Assembly: GCA_963669175.1 (NCBI GenBank)
Contig: OY769902.1
Coordinates: 3,520,001-3,584,000, forward strand
DNA: 64,000 nucleotides
Origin: a bacterium
Lineage (GTDB): Bacteria > Electryoneota > Electryoneia > Electryoneales > Electryoneaceae
Direction of reading: 5' to 3'
How positions within the stretch are numbered: the stretch's first letter is position 1; the number at the start of each line of letters is the position of its first letter. Under the pieces are notes generated by a model. That model saw only the letters and a program-made list of their open reading frames with translations, did no database searches and was not told where the DNA came from. The position numbers and the translations under genes were made by a program. This document shows, piece after piece, positions 9,113 through 19,311 of this stretch.

Positions 9113-9164
9113 GAAAAAACACACGCCCGGCAAAGCCGCAACTTCTACGGTCTTGCACCGGGCG
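9113..9164 (-). terminator. Probable intrinsic terminator after rodA
   Basis: Hairpin CGCCCGG...CCGGGCG (9124-9164) with a T-run following on the minus strand. Confidence 0.45.
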
Positions 9165-9250
9165 CCCCTGGAAGCACTTACAATATATCCGAACTCAAAA
9201 AGCATAGTCAAGAACTCATGTTAAAAACTTCTCGCAGCAAGTCTCTGATT

Positions 9251-10456
9251 CTACCCTGTTCTTCGCCAGCGGCTCGCCATCCCGGTAACGAGTCCGATCA
9301 ACATGAACATGGTTAAAAGACTTGATCCACCATAACTTAGCAACGGCAAGGGCAGTCCGGTTACAGGCATTACTCCGGTTGTCATGCCTACATTGACAAT
9401 CACCTGGAAAGCCAGCACAGCCGCGACTCCGGCGATGACCAGTTTCGAGTGTGGCGAGGCAACCTTCTTCGTAAGGTATAATAGCCGGACAATCAAGAAC
9501 CAGAACAGGACCAATACGATAATCGCTCCTATAAAGCCAAACTCTTCTCCAAGAACTGAGAATATGAAGTCTGTGTGCTGTTCCGGTAAAAAGCCACGAT
9601 GTGTCTGGCTGCCTTCCATCAACCCCTTTCCCCAGAACTTGCCGGATCCGATGGCAACCTTGGATTGAATGATCTGGTATCCTGCTCCAAGGGGATCAGC
9701 TTCAGGATTGATAAACGTAACCAGCCGGTTTCTCTGATATGGTTTCAGTTGCAACCAGAGTTTTGGCGTCATCCAGCCAATCGCCCCCATCATGGCGCCC
9801 CATAATACAGCCACATTGATGCGGATACCGGCGAAATACCCCAGGGCCAACAGGATAGCGATCACGATTACGATGGCGTAAGGATTGATGGATGCGATCA
9901 TAACCGCAACCGGGGATACTACAAACAATACGGCCAGATGCGGAATCCCGGCGATATAGGCCATCACTCCGGTAATCACCGGTATTACCAGGGATGTTCC
10001 AAGGTCCGGCTCGATCAGGATCAAGCCAAAAGGCACTACTGCTATCAGCGCCATCCCGAAGAAATATCGAATCTTGCTCAGGTCAGTACGACGATCTGAA
10101 AGAAAACGGGCCAGCGCCAGGATTACGCCTATCTTCGCCAATTCCGAAGGCTGAATATGGAATGTCCCCATCCCCAGCCATCGTCCCGTCGGCCCGGTAC
10201 CGATCATAAGCACCAGACCCAGGAGCAGAAGCATGCCAATATATACGAGATAAGAAGTTGCCAGAATAAAACGGTCAGGTATTAACGCAAGGGAAATACC
10301 CAGAATCAACCCAACAACAATAAACACCATTTGCCGAACAAAAAATCCTCCACCGGCAGCGACAGACGCACTATACAGGACAACCATGCCGAACCCGACA
10401 ATCAGCAGGGTAAGCAGCGGCACAATCCACTCTATCTCATGACGTTCAACTTTCAT
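9251..10456 (-). CDS. rodA: Rod shape-determining SEDS protein RodA
   Basis: IQPSELAK, EPDLGT, GYQIIQSKVAIGSG, LPEQHTDFIF, LPLLSYGGSS; follows mrdA. Confidence 0.96.
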   Translation of the reverse strand: MKVERHEIEWIVPLLTLLIVGFGMVVLYSASVAAGGGFFVRQMVFIVVGLILGISLALIPDRFILATSYLVYIGMLLLLGLVLMIGTGPTGRWLGMGTFHIQPSELAKIGVILALARFLSDRRTDLSKIRYFFGMALIAVVPFGLILIEPDLGTSLVIPVITGVMAYIAGIPHLAVLFVVSPVAVMIASINPYAIVIVIAILLALGYFAGIRINVAVLWGAMMGAIGWMTPKLWLQLKPYQRNRLVTFINPEADPLGAGYQIIQSKVAIGSGKFWGKGLMEGSQTHRGFLPEQHTDFIFSVLGEEFGFIGAIIVLVLFWFLIVRLLYLTKKVASPHSKLVIAGVAAVLAFQVIVNVGMTTGVMPVTGLPLPLLSYGGSSLLTMFMLIGLVTGMASRWRRTG

Positions 10457-12327
10457 TCTTCCGGCTCCTCCTCGGCTGTTGCACCGGAAGCCGCATTCTG
10501 TGCTGCTTCTATCTCTGCGCGTCGCGCTGCTATTTCGGCCAGTACCTTCGCCCTGTATTTATGCCAGCCGGCTTCGTCATACCCAAGGTAAGCGCGAATA
10601 ATTTTATAGGCGATTGGCGCTGCCGCGGTCGATCCATGCTCGCCATGTTCAACAACAACGCTGACTGCAATTTGCGGGTCATCAAACGGGGCAAAAGCCA
10701 CAAATAAAGCGTGGTCCTTGCCATGCGGATTTTGCGCGGTTCCCGTCTTCCCGGCAACAGTCAAACGTGGATCATACAACCAATGCGCCGTTCCGCGTGC
10801 GCCTTCTGTTACCTGCAACATATCCTGTCGGACAATACTGATCACATTCGGATCAATATCAACTGTATGTTTTTCCCATTGATCCAGGAATTCTCGTGTC
10901 GAATCCGGGTTCTGCAGACCGCGTACCAGATGTGGTGTCACCCACCAGCCGCCATTTGCCAGTGAACTTGCATAAACGGCCGCCTGAAGAGGGGTTACCA
11001 GCACATCACCCTGCCCGATAGCAATGTTGAATAATTGGCCGTCGCTCCATTTGTTTTCCCCATAGCGACGATCAAAAAAGGCCCTGCTGGGAAGAAGTCC
11101 GGCGGATTCATGTTCCAGGTCAATGCCTGTCTTGATACCAAACGGGAATTTCCCTACCCACTCCGAGAACCTGTCGATACCAAGTTTCAGGCCGACGGTA
11201 TAGAAAAAGACGTCGCATGATTGTTCGATGGATTCCTTGTGTCCCACATGACCATGACCTGTCTTTTTCCAGCAACTGAACCAGCGCCCCAGGTACAGAC
11301 CGCCGTTGCAGGTCACATCGAAATCAGTATCAATGATACCGCTTCCCAACCCGGCGCTGAGTACCGCCATTTTAAAAATTGATCCCGGCGGATATGCCCC
11401 CTGTATGGCACGATGCAACAGTGGTTTTGCCGGATCTTCCTGCAGGGCGCGCCATTGTTCTGTCGTCAGAACATTGGCAAAGGTTTCCGGTGGGTAATCC
11501 GGCTTGGAAGCCATGACCAGCACTTCACCCGTCTTAGGCTCAATCGCAACAACACTTCCGGAACCATCGCCAAGTAATTCTTCAGCATATTCCTGCAGAA
11601 AAACATCAATGGTCAAGATAAGGTCTTTTCCTGGATTCGGTGGTTTCTGATCAATTCCGGAAAGGGGACCAATTACACGACCCATCACATCAACTTCGAG
11701 ATAGTTGAATCCTTTTTCGCCACAGAGCGCCTTATTCCAGGTACGCTCCAATCCTGCCAGGCCAACAATATCCCCAATTTCCTGGTCAGGAAATTTTGGC
11801 GCGTCGCGTTCTTTCAACTCACCGATATGACCAAGCGTATGCGAGGCAATACGGTGATGGTAGGCGCGTTTTGGTTCAATCTGGAAACTGATGCCGGGCA
11901 GATAGACCTTCCGTTCTTCCAAAGCGGCGTACAAGTTGAACGGCACATCTCGAATGATACGAACCGGTGTATACCGGTTATTGGGAATCTTCCGCAACCG
12001 TTCTTCAAACTGTTCATTGGTTAGTCCGCTCAAAGTCAAAAGCGTGTCACGGACCTCTGGATTCTGGTCAATTGCATAGGGAACCGCATACAAGGTATAA
12101 GAGGGGTAATTATCAACAATCAGCTCACCATTCCGGTCATACATCAAACCTCGAAGCGGTGTTAATTCAACAGCTTTAATCCGGTTTGTATCTGATTTTT
12201 TCAGGTAGGTTTCAGCCTGTACCACCTGCATTCTGAACAGGCGCACCCCTATCAGCCCGAACACAATGGTGACCAGGATATACAATGGAAGCAATCGTTC
12301 TGCAGAAAACCGGGGTTTTTCGTTCAC
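10453..12327 (-). CDS. mrdA: Penicillin-binding protein 2
   Basis: RGLMYDRNG, PPGSIFK (SxxK), SCD (SxN/D), KTGTAQ; lies in the mre operon. Confidence 0.95.
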   Translation of the reverse strand: MNEKPRFSAERLLPLYILVTIVFGLIGVRLFRMQVVQAETYLKKSDTNRIKAVELTPLRGLMYDRNGELIVDNYPSYTLYAVPYAIDQNPEVRDTLLTLSGLTNEQFEERLRKIPNNRYTPVRIIRDVPFNLYAALEERKVYLPGISFQIEPKRAYHHRIASHTLGHIGELKERDAPKFPDQEIGDIVGLAGLERTWNKALCGEKGFNYLEVDVMGRVIGPLSGIDQKPPNPGKDLILTIDVFLQEYAEELLGDGSGSVVAIEPKTGEVLVMASKPDYPPETFANVLTTEQWRALQEDPAKPLLHRAIQGAYPPGSIFKMAVLSAGLGSGIIDTDFDVTCNGGLYLGRWFSCWKKTGHGHVGHKESIEQSCDVFFYTVGLKLGIDRFSEWVGKFPFGIKTGIDLEHESAGLLPSRAFFDRRYGENKWSDGQLFNIAIGQGDVLVTPLQAAVYASSLANGGWWVTPHLVRGLQNPDSTREFLDQWEKHTVDIDPNVISIVRQDMLQVTEGARGTAHWLYDPRLTVAGKTGTAQNPHGKDHALFVAFAPFDDPQIAVSVVVEHGEHGSTAAAPIAYKIIRAYLGYDEAGWHKYRAKVLAEIAARRAEIEAAQNAASGATAEEEPEE

Positions 12328-12361
12328 TACCTGCTCCAGTACACCTTAACTGCCTGCTCGT

Positions 12362-12847
12362 TCATATGGTCACTCGGACCCTTCGTTCAAATAAGGGGGT
12401 CATGGCCCAGACCATGGCTATTCCCCACGTGTATAACGTAATAAGCAAAGCATGCTGAACCAGCATCACACCAATGGAAGCCATCGAATGAAGCGAATAG
12501 AAGTAGGCGAAGACAAAGGAATAGACAAGAATGCCTGCCAAACTGGTTATTGCCCAGCGATTAAATGGGATCGGGATATCGGAATAGAACATCTTACCAA
12601 CAACAAAGGCCGCTAAAACATAAGCCAGACTGGATAACCCGACAAACCCGGAACCTACCGCATCGATAATGAATCCGGCGAGAAAACCTGCTGTGACACC
12701 TTCCATCGGTCCCCGTCTTGCCGACCAATGAAGCAGAAATACCAGCGGTATATCAGGCCTGAACCAATAGATAGCCATATATGGAACAAGTGTCGCCTGA
12801 ACTATCAGCGATATTACCACGACTATTATATATGTTAAGGCCTTCAT
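12362..12847 (-). CDS. mreD: Rod shape-determining protein MreD
   Basis: Hydrophobic 161 aa protein with RPDIPLV; between mreC and mrdA. Confidence 0.88.
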   Translation of the reverse strand: MKALTYIIVVVISLIVQATLVPYMAIYWFRPDIPLVFLLHWSARRGPMEGVTAGFLAGFIIDAVGSGFVGLSSLAYVLAAFVVGKMFYSDIPIPFNRWAITSLAGILVYSFVFAYFYSLHSMASIGVMLVQHALLITLYTWGIAMVWAMTPLFERRVRVTI

Positions 12848-13662
12848 TCCGACACCTCAACAGTTGAATCTATATAGGTTGAATCAGGTGTCAGGACAAA
12901 AACCTCCTCCAACCTGGAAAACTGAACAAACGGTCTCACAGATACAGTAAGGAATATATCGCTGTGCTCACTGCCAACTTCTTCAACCACCCCAACGGGA
13001 ATACCTTCTGGGATCATACCGCCAAGGCCACTGGTTACAATCCTGTCCCCTACAACCACATCAAGGTTCTTCGGGACATCATCAAGCAGAAGATGGTCGG
13101 TGCCACGCCAGCGAATAATGCCGTCCACCCTGCTGCGTTCAACCCGTACACTCGTAGCGAATTGACGGTCCAGCGCAAGCTGCACGATGCTGTTATAGGG
13201 ATCTACTTCATGAATCACACCGGCCAATCCATTGACCGTTACAACCGCACGTCCCAGCTCAACACCATATTTGCTGCCTTTATTTAACAGTACACTGGAC
13301 AGGTTGAAACTCGGATCGCGTGCAACCACTTCACAAGCAAGGTAGTCAAAGCGCGGGTTCTCGCTGAAGTCAAGCATTTTCCGAAGTCGGATGTTTTCCA
13401 GCATGGCATCACGCCATTCAAATTCCTGCATCCGCAGTCCGATGACTTCCTGACGCAGGGTGGCGTTTTCTGACCACAGGGAAAGCGTACGTGGAACAAG
13501 CATCAATGGCGCGGCAGCAAACCTGAGGACGAACCTGATACCAACTCGAAAAGGTTCCGCAGCGGGATAACTGGACGAGTACATCATGGTCAACGACAGA
13601 AGCACTGCCGCGACCATAACTATCCACTCTCTCCGGGATGAAATCTTGACGAGGAGGTTCAT
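12844..13662 (-). CDS. mreC: Rod shape-determining protein MreC
   Basis: TM plus coiled coil (ENIRLRKML), NKGS, VTSGLGG..PEGIPVG. Confidence 0.93.
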   Translation of the reverse strand: MNLLVKISSRREWIVMVAAVLLSLTMMYSSSYPAAEPFRVGIRFVLRFAAAPLMLVPRTLSLWSENATLRQEVIGLRMQEFEWRDAMLENIRLRKMLDFSENPRFDYLACEVVARDPSFNLSSVLLNKGSKYGVELGRAVVTVNGLAGVIHEVDPYNSIVQLALDRQFATSVRVERSRVDGIIRWRGTDHLLLDDVPKNLDVVVGDRIVTSGLGGMIPEGIPVGVVEEVGSEHSDIFLTVSVRPFVQFSRLEEVFVLTPDSTYIDSTVEVSE

Positions 13663-13774
13663 AGGCGGCTTTGGGTTGAACTCGTGACGGTTTCGACCGC
13701 CCTGACTGAACGAAACGACAGGCCAACAGCCCCAGAATAAGGGGTGAGTGAAACGATTCCCTTGGATCGGTCCA

Positions 13775-14800
13775 CTAGTTCTTCAATAACACGGCCTCAT
13801 ATCGTTCGAAATGATCAAGCACCACACCCGTACCACGCACCACACAGGTCAGCGGATCTTCAGCCTGGCTGATGGGCAGGCTGGTCTCTTCACGCAAGCG
13901 TTGATCCAATCCCTTAATCAATGCGCCGCCACCAGTCAGGATAATCCCACGGTCGCGAATATCTGCTGCGAGCATTGGCGGGGTCTTCTCAAGGGACAAC
14001 TTCACCGCTTCAACAATCTGTGCAACCGGTTCCGCGATGGCTTCACGGATTTCCATGGAGTTGATCTCAATCGCTTTCGGGATACCGGCGACAAGGTCGC
14101 GTCCCTTGGCGATCATACTGACTTCCTGCTCGAGTGGAACTGCCGAACCGACCTTCTGCTTGATCTCTTCCGCCATGCGGTCACCGATCAACAGGTTATA
14201 GGTACGGCGCATGAACTGCATGATATTGTCGTCCATTTCATCGCCACCGACACGGATACTGGTGTCAGTTACGATACCGGACAGGGAAATAACCGCGATT
14301 TCTGTTGTTCCACCGCCAATATCGATCACCATGCTGCCGACAGCTTCATCTACAGGCAATCCCACCCCCATAGCAGCGGCCATCGGTTCAGCGATCAGGT
14401 ATACTTCACGGCAGCCGGCGTGTTCTGCAGCGTCACGAATAATACGCTTTTCCGATTTCGTAACACCGGAAGGAACGCAGACAATCGCACGTGGGCGGAC
14501 AAGACGATGTTTGGTGACACGCTTCAGAAGACTGCGGATCATGATTTCCGCGACTTCGTCATCGTCAATAACACCGTGCCGCATCGGACGGATTACTTCG
14601 ATGTTCTGGTGAGTTTTCCCCATCATATGCCGCGCATCACGTCCAATGGCCATAACCCTGCCGTCGTCCTTGCGAATCGCAACGACAGAAGGTTCACGCA
14701 CCACAATTCCACGGCCTTTCACATACACAAGGGTATTCGCAGTACCCAAGTCCATGGCGATATCACTCGCCAGGTATTTCCCGAAGGAGAAAAACGGCAT
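13775..14800 (-). CDS. mreB: Actin-like rod shape protein MreB
   Basis: DLGTANT, EPSVVA, EPMAAA, DIGGGTT, LTGGGAL. Confidence 0.97.
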   Translation of the reverse strand: MPFFSFGKYLASDIAMDLGTANTLVYVKGRGIVVREPSVVAIRKDDGRVMAIGRDARHMMGKTHQNIEVIRPMRHGVIDDDEVAEIMIRSLLKRVTKHRLVRPRAIVCVPSGVTKSEKRIIRDAAEHAGCREVYLIAEPMAAAMGVGLPVDEAVGSMVIDIGGGTTEIAVISLSGIVTDTSIRVGGDEMDDNIMQFMRRTYNLLIGDRMAEEIKQKVGSAVPLEQEVSMIAKGRDLVAGIPKAIEINSMEIREAIAEPVAQIVEAVKLSLEKTPPMLAADIRDRGIILTGGGALIKGLDQRLREETSLPISQAEDPLTCVVRGTGVVLDHFERYEAVLLKN

Positions 14801-14932
14801 CCCTTATTCTCCAAATCCTCAAGCAGATCAAGCCCTTACGGGCACGCAAACAGAGACAAACCAAGAAGCTATATGATAGCCTTCTTGGGGTGCGGGAGTC
14901 AATGTAGAGTCTCGCAAAACCCTTGTTTTTGC

Positions 14933-16492
14933 TCAGGCATGACGGAAGTGACGACGTCCGGTAAACACCATCGCCACATTGTTCTCATCCGCCGCGTCAA
15001 TGACTTCCTGGTCACGGATACTGCCACCCGGCTGAATCACAGCCGTAGCGCCCGCTTCCACCGCCTGCATCATGCCATCGGCGAACGGGAAGTATGCATC
15101 GGAAGCCAGCACGGTATTCGCCAGGCTCAAGCAAGCGTCTTCCGCTTTCAAACGTGCCAGCCGCACGGCATCCACACGACTCATTTGCCCTGCCCCAATA
15201 CCCATCGTCTTTCCAGCAGTAGCAAACAACACCGCATTGGACTTCACATACTTGCAAACCTTCCAGGCAAATCGTAACGAAATAAATTCTTCCTCTGTGG
15301 GCTGACGTTTGGTGACAACCGTCAACTCATCTATCTCCGGGAAACCGTAATCGCGTTCCTGAACCAGCAACCCACCTGCAACCCTGCGAACATCATAACC
15401 AGCCATCTTTGTCGCTTCCGGGCTGGCTTCCAGGATGCGGAGGTTCTTTTTCTTCATCAACAACGCCAATGCCTCTTCCGTGAACCCGGGCGCAACGACT
15501 ACTTCTGTAAATGCTTTGTTTATCTGTTTCGCGGTCTGAGCATCGCAAATACGATTCATGCCGACAATACCGCCGTAAGCGCTCATCGGATCACAGGCAC
15601 GCGCCCCCGCTTCCGCTTCCGCGATAGTCGCACCAATCGCTACACCGGAAGGAGTGGTGTGCTTCAGAATCGCCACACAAGGTTCTTCAAACTCGGACGG
15701 CAGCGCCAGCGCGATGTCCGCATCGATCATATTGTTGAATGACAGTTCCTTACCATGAAACTGCTTGCAGGCGCGAAGACCGTTACCCTCTTCCCCTTTC
15801 AAGCCGTAATAAGCTGCGGCCTGATGCGGGTTTTCACCGTAACGCATGTCCTGCTGACGGCTTAACACAAAATTCAGCCGCGCAGGCATGACCACTTCTT
15901 CCTTCTCCGCAGTCTTTGCGAACCAGTCCGAAATAGCACGGTCATAGCTGGCGGTCATTTCGAAAGCTGCGCCTGCCAGCTTGCGGCGAAGCCCGTCAGA
16001 CAATTCGCCATCAGCCTTCAATGCCGCCAATACTTCGTTATATTGTTCATGCGCGGTAACCACGCCGACATACGCCCAGTTCTTGGCAGCGGCACGAATC
16101 ATCCCTGGACCGCCGATATCAATCGCCTCAATCGCTTCCGCGTCAGAAACATTACCTGAAGTGCGTTTTTCAAACTGGTACAGGTTCACCACTACGAGGT
16201 CAATCGGCACCAAACCATGCGCCTCAACCGCTTTTTCATCTTCTTCCAGACCGCGACGGAACAGAATGCCACCATGAATAGCAGGATGCAGTGTCTTTAC
16301 CCGTCCACCCATGATTTCCGGGAAACCGGTTGCATCGGATACTTCACGGAAAGCGACACCGGCCTCGGCCAACGCTTTACCTGTCCCACCGGTTGAAAGA
16401 ATCTCAATTCCAAGTTCCTGCAAACCCTTTGCAAACTCAGCGACTCCGGTCTTATCCGTGACGCTTATCAATGCCCTTCTGACCTTGCTCAC
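14933..16492 (-). CDS. purH: Bifunctional AICAR transformylase/IMP cyclohydrolase
   Basis: RALISVTDKTG, GRVKTLHP, IDIGGP, RYGENPHQ, C-terminal RHFRH; GTG start at 16492 overlaps the purN stop. Confidence 0.96.
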   Translation of the reverse strand: MSKVRRALISVTDKTGVAEFAKGLQELGIEILSTGGTGKALAEAGVAFREVSDATGFPEIMGGRVKTLHPAIHGGILFRRGLEEDEKAVEAHGLVPIDLVVVNLYQFEKRTSGNVSDAEAIEAIDIGGPGMIRAAAKNWAYVGVVTAHEQYNEVLAALKADGELSDGLRRKLAGAAFEMTASYDRAISDWFAKTAEKEEVVMPARLNFVLSRQQDMRYGENPHQAAAYYGLKGEEGNGLRACKQFHGKELSFNNMIDADIALALPSEFEEPCVAILKHTTPSGVAIGATIAEAEAGARACDPMSAYGGIVGMNRICDAQTAKQINKAFTEVVVAPGFTEEALALLMKKKNLRILEASPEATKMAGYDVRRVAGGLLVQERDYGFPEIDELTVVTKRQPTEEEFISLRFAWKVCKYVKSNAVLFATAGKTMGIGAGQMSRVDAVRLARLKAEDACLSLANTVLASDAYFPFADGMMQAVEAGATAVIQPGGSIRDQEVIDAADENNVAMVFTGRRHFRHA

Positions 16493-17106
16493 GATGCATC
16501 CTTCCCTGTGTAAACGGTTTCTATCCAACGCTGAACTGCCTTGGGGTAACTCTCGTGTTCAACCTTTAAAACACGCTTCGCCAGCGACTCCGGAGTATCC
16601 TCCGGCTTCACTTTCACCCCGCTCGCCTGCAATAGAACATCACCTTCATCATATTCTTCATTCACGAAGTGAATGGTCACTCCGGTATACTCGTCTTCAG
16701 CATCAATCACGCTCTCATGAACATGGATGCCGTACATCCCTTTTCCGCCGTGTTTCGGTAACAGGGCCGGATGAATGTTCAACATGGCTTTCGGATACGC
16801 CCTGATCAGCGCCGGGGGTACTTTCTTCATATACCCGGCCAGAAGAATCAGATCAACTTGATGCTCACGAAATACACTGATCAGTTTCTCTGCGAATTCA
16901 CTTCCCTTGTCAAACTCATCACGCGTTATGGTAAAGCTTGGAATATTATATTCTTTGGCAACTTCATGAACACGAGCAAATGGATTGTTAGAGATGATCA
17001 CAGCGCCGGTTGCATTTAGCTGCTTATCACGACAGGCACGCAACACTGATTCCGCATTGCTGCCCCTGCCTGAGGCCATGATCCCCAACCGAACCTTCCC
17101 GCTCAT
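16489..17106 (-). CDS. purN: Phosphoribosylglycinamide formyltransferase
   Basis: ASGRGSN, LAGYM, NIHPALLP, GVTIHFVNEEYDEG; start set at MSGKVRLG. Confidence 0.95.
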   Translation of the reverse strand: MSGKVRLGIMASGRGSNAESVLRACRDKQLNATGAVIISNNPFARVHEVAKEYNIPSFTITRDEFDKGSEFAEKLISVFREHQVDLILLAGYMKKVPPALIRAYPKAMLNIHPALLPKHGGKGMYGIHVHESVIDAEDEYTGVTIHFVNEEYDEGDVLLQASGVKVKPEDTPESLAKRVLKVEHESYPKAVQRWIETVYTGKDAS

Positions 17107-18026
17107 ACCCTGTTCTCCACAACAACTTCCCGTTTTTGAACGTCCATCCGCACCCAACTCCCCAATGGTAGCGTCCACATCGGCCCCACATGTCCGTAAG
17201 GCGCCCCGGCAAGCATGGGTATATCACCTGCAAATTCGGCAATCAGCTTTACTACCGCTTCATGCTGGTCTTGAGGTTGCCCTTTTACATGCTGCACAAA
17301 CCTTCCCAGCAGAATACCACGAACCCCATCAAAAGCGCCTGACAAACGAAGTTGGGTCAACATGCGATCAATGCGATACAGGGGCTCGTCTATCTCTTCC
17401 AGAACGACTACAGCGTCCCTGAACAGGGGCGTATCCGTCGTTCCGCAGAGGGAAGCCATCATCGCCAGATTCCCTCCGACCAGTCTTCCTTCGGCAACAC
17501 CATGTTGAACCGGTATCAGCTCTTCACCCTCCGGAACAGGCAATGGCTTTGACCATGCTTGCCCGGTCAGCATCTCCAGCCAGCATTTTTTTGAGAATTC
17601 CGGAAGCTCTCCCCCCCATCCGCGAGCGACTTGTGGTCCTGAAAATGTTACCAGGCCAACTCGTTGCCACAACGCCCACTGCAATGCGCTAATATCGGAA
17701 AAACCGAGCAGGATTTTAGGGCTCGCGGAGATGCGTTCAAAGTCAAGATATTTCAGGATGCGCATGGTGCCGTAACCACCTCGAGAACAAGCAATTGCGT
17801 CAAATCGATCATCGGTAAACGCATTCATTAAATCACGCGCTCGATCCTCATCTGAACCGGCCAGGTAAGCGCTGCCTTCCAGTACATGCGGCATTGGTTC
17901 CAGCACAAATCCATGTGCCGCCAATGCGGCCATGCCACGTCCGAGTTCTGCCTTCTTGATAGGTCCGGCGGGTGAGATTACTGCGATACGGTCACCCGAT
18001 TTTAAAGCTGGTGGGATCAGGGCCAT
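17103..18026 (-). CDS. LD-carboxypeptidase (peptidase S66)
   Basis: RGGYG, GFSDIS, GGNL, LEEIDE, PYGH catalytic motifs. Confidence 0.92.
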   Translation of the reverse strand: MALIPPALKSGDRIAVISPAGPIKKAELGRGMAALAAHGFVLEPMPHVLEGSAYLAGSDEDRARDLMNAFTDDRFDAIACSRGGYGTMRILKYLDFERISASPKILLGFSDISALQWALWQRVGLVTFSGPQVARGWGGELPEFSKKCWLEMLTGQAWSKPLPVPEGEELIPVQHGVAEGRLVGGNLAMMASLCGTTDTPLFRDAVVVLEEIDEPLYRIDRMLTQLRLSGAFDGVRGILLGRFVQHVKGQPQDQHEAVVKLIAEFAGDIPMLAGAPYGHVGPMWTLPLGSWVRMDVQKREVVVENRV

Positions 18027-19288
18027 AATTCTGACACCCGGCGGTATTCTCCATAGCCCATCTCATCAACGAAAATGAAACGTCTGCGTAAATCGTAATA
18101 ATACCAGATCTCGTACGGTTTGTAATTAATCTCGAAGGGATGGCGTTCAATTTCCGAGGGGGGACCGAACCGGATGTATACTTCCCCCATATCCGTTTCC
18201 CAACCGGCACGGAAGGAACCGAACATCTCGTTGCAGTATTGAATCCGTCCGTAATACTCTTCCATCAATTCATTGGTCTTGGTATTCTCGGAAGGATCGC
18301 GCCTGTCCCAGAAATCACGGAACATGCGTTCCATCTGATCCGGGGTGCCATTCAGCATCTTCTTGATTTCTTTGTTACTGGCAATATATCGAAGCTGACG
18401 CACCGCATCTTTCATATCATTGATGCTGGCAGGCAGACTGATGCTTCTGAGTCTGAAGTGAGTACCCTTCAGCGCTCTTTGCCCATCCGCTTCTATCTGC
18501 AATTCTACAACGTAATATCCATATGGCAAATCCAAGACAGAAAAAGTGATATGGTCGCGGGTAATCGGAAGAACAGCCGGAATCACCTTACTGTCTTCCC
18601 TGACAACTTCGCCCCTGTCATCCATCACACGGTAGTAGACTTTAAGCTCTTCTGCTTCTTCGGGGTATACTTCGTAGAAAACCGGAACAGGATAATTGGG
18701 ATTCTGTACAACATGATTCACGTTGGGTGTGATCTCAAAAACATTGTCAGGCGCCAGTTTGACATGCTTGCACAAAACCAGGTCAGACAAGTGCATGCCG
18801 GCTACTTCATAAGATGGAACCTGGATAGTTATGGAAGCTTCGCTCTTCCGTTTGCTCTCCAGGTCCAGGAGTGTGGCAACAATGGTATAGGTGCCGGGGC
18901 TGACATTGATTTCGGTTTCACTTATGTCATAGAGGTCACGTGCGTTAGTTTCATCGTAAGAAGTTGTGACCACCTGCGAACGCCAGATCTTGTTAGTTAC
19001 CCTGGGACCGGATTCGGCTTCACCAAGGATAAGCGAAAAATCCACCTCATAGTTTGCTTCAAAGCCACGCGCTGAGCGAACAAACATCAGGTTATCATGC
19101 ACGATCTCCACATAGGCGATCATCTTGGTTTTACCGGGCTCTTCGGAGAGGAGAGTGATCGCTGAAAGGTGAAAATTGGGCGCTCCCGCCTGGGCAAGGT
19201 AATAGGCCTGCTGATCCTGTGCCTGCAACTTTCCAACAGCAGTCATCAGCAGGAATAGACACGCAATCACGAATCGCTTTTTCACCAT
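18017..19288 (-). CDS. GWxTD domain-containing exported protein
   Basis: Signal peptide; FWDRRDP...NELMEEYYGRI...GWETDMGEVYIRFGPP...YEIWYY. Confidence 0.88.
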   Translation of the reverse strand: MVKKRFVIACLFLLMTAVGKLQAQDQQAYYLAQAGAPNFHLSAITLLSEEPGKTKMIAYVEIVHDNLMFVRSARGFEANYEVDFSLILGEAESGPRVTNKIWRSQVVTTSYDETNARDLYDISETEINVSPGTYTIVATLLDLESKRKSEASITIQVPSYEVAGMHLSDLVLCKHVKLAPDNVFEITPNVNHVVQNPNYPVPVFYEVYPEEAEELKVYYRVMDDRGEVVREDSKVIPAVLPITRDHITFSVLDLPYGYYVVELQIEADGQRALKGTHFRLRSISLPASINDMKDAVRQLRYIASNKEIKKMLNGTPDQMERMFRDFWDRRDPSENTKTNELMEEYYGRIQYCNEMFGSFRAGWETDMGEVYIRFGPPSEIERHPFEINYKPYEIWYYYDLRRRFIFVDEMGYGEYRRVSELWP

Positions 19289-19311
19289 CAAGCACCACCT
19301 TTCAAGGGAGT

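Noticed and set aside
9120-9165. GCAAAGCC suggested a c-di-GMP-I riboswitch
   Set aside because: The upstream GGCAAAC/GAAA stem is missing and the orientation is wrong; better explained as a terminator hairpin.
13811-15277. 488-aa plus-strand ORF and similar long antisense ORFs (18140-19075, 60693-61676, 62205-63080)
   Set aside because: They lie opposite well-conserved genes and have no family motifs; codon-bias shadows.
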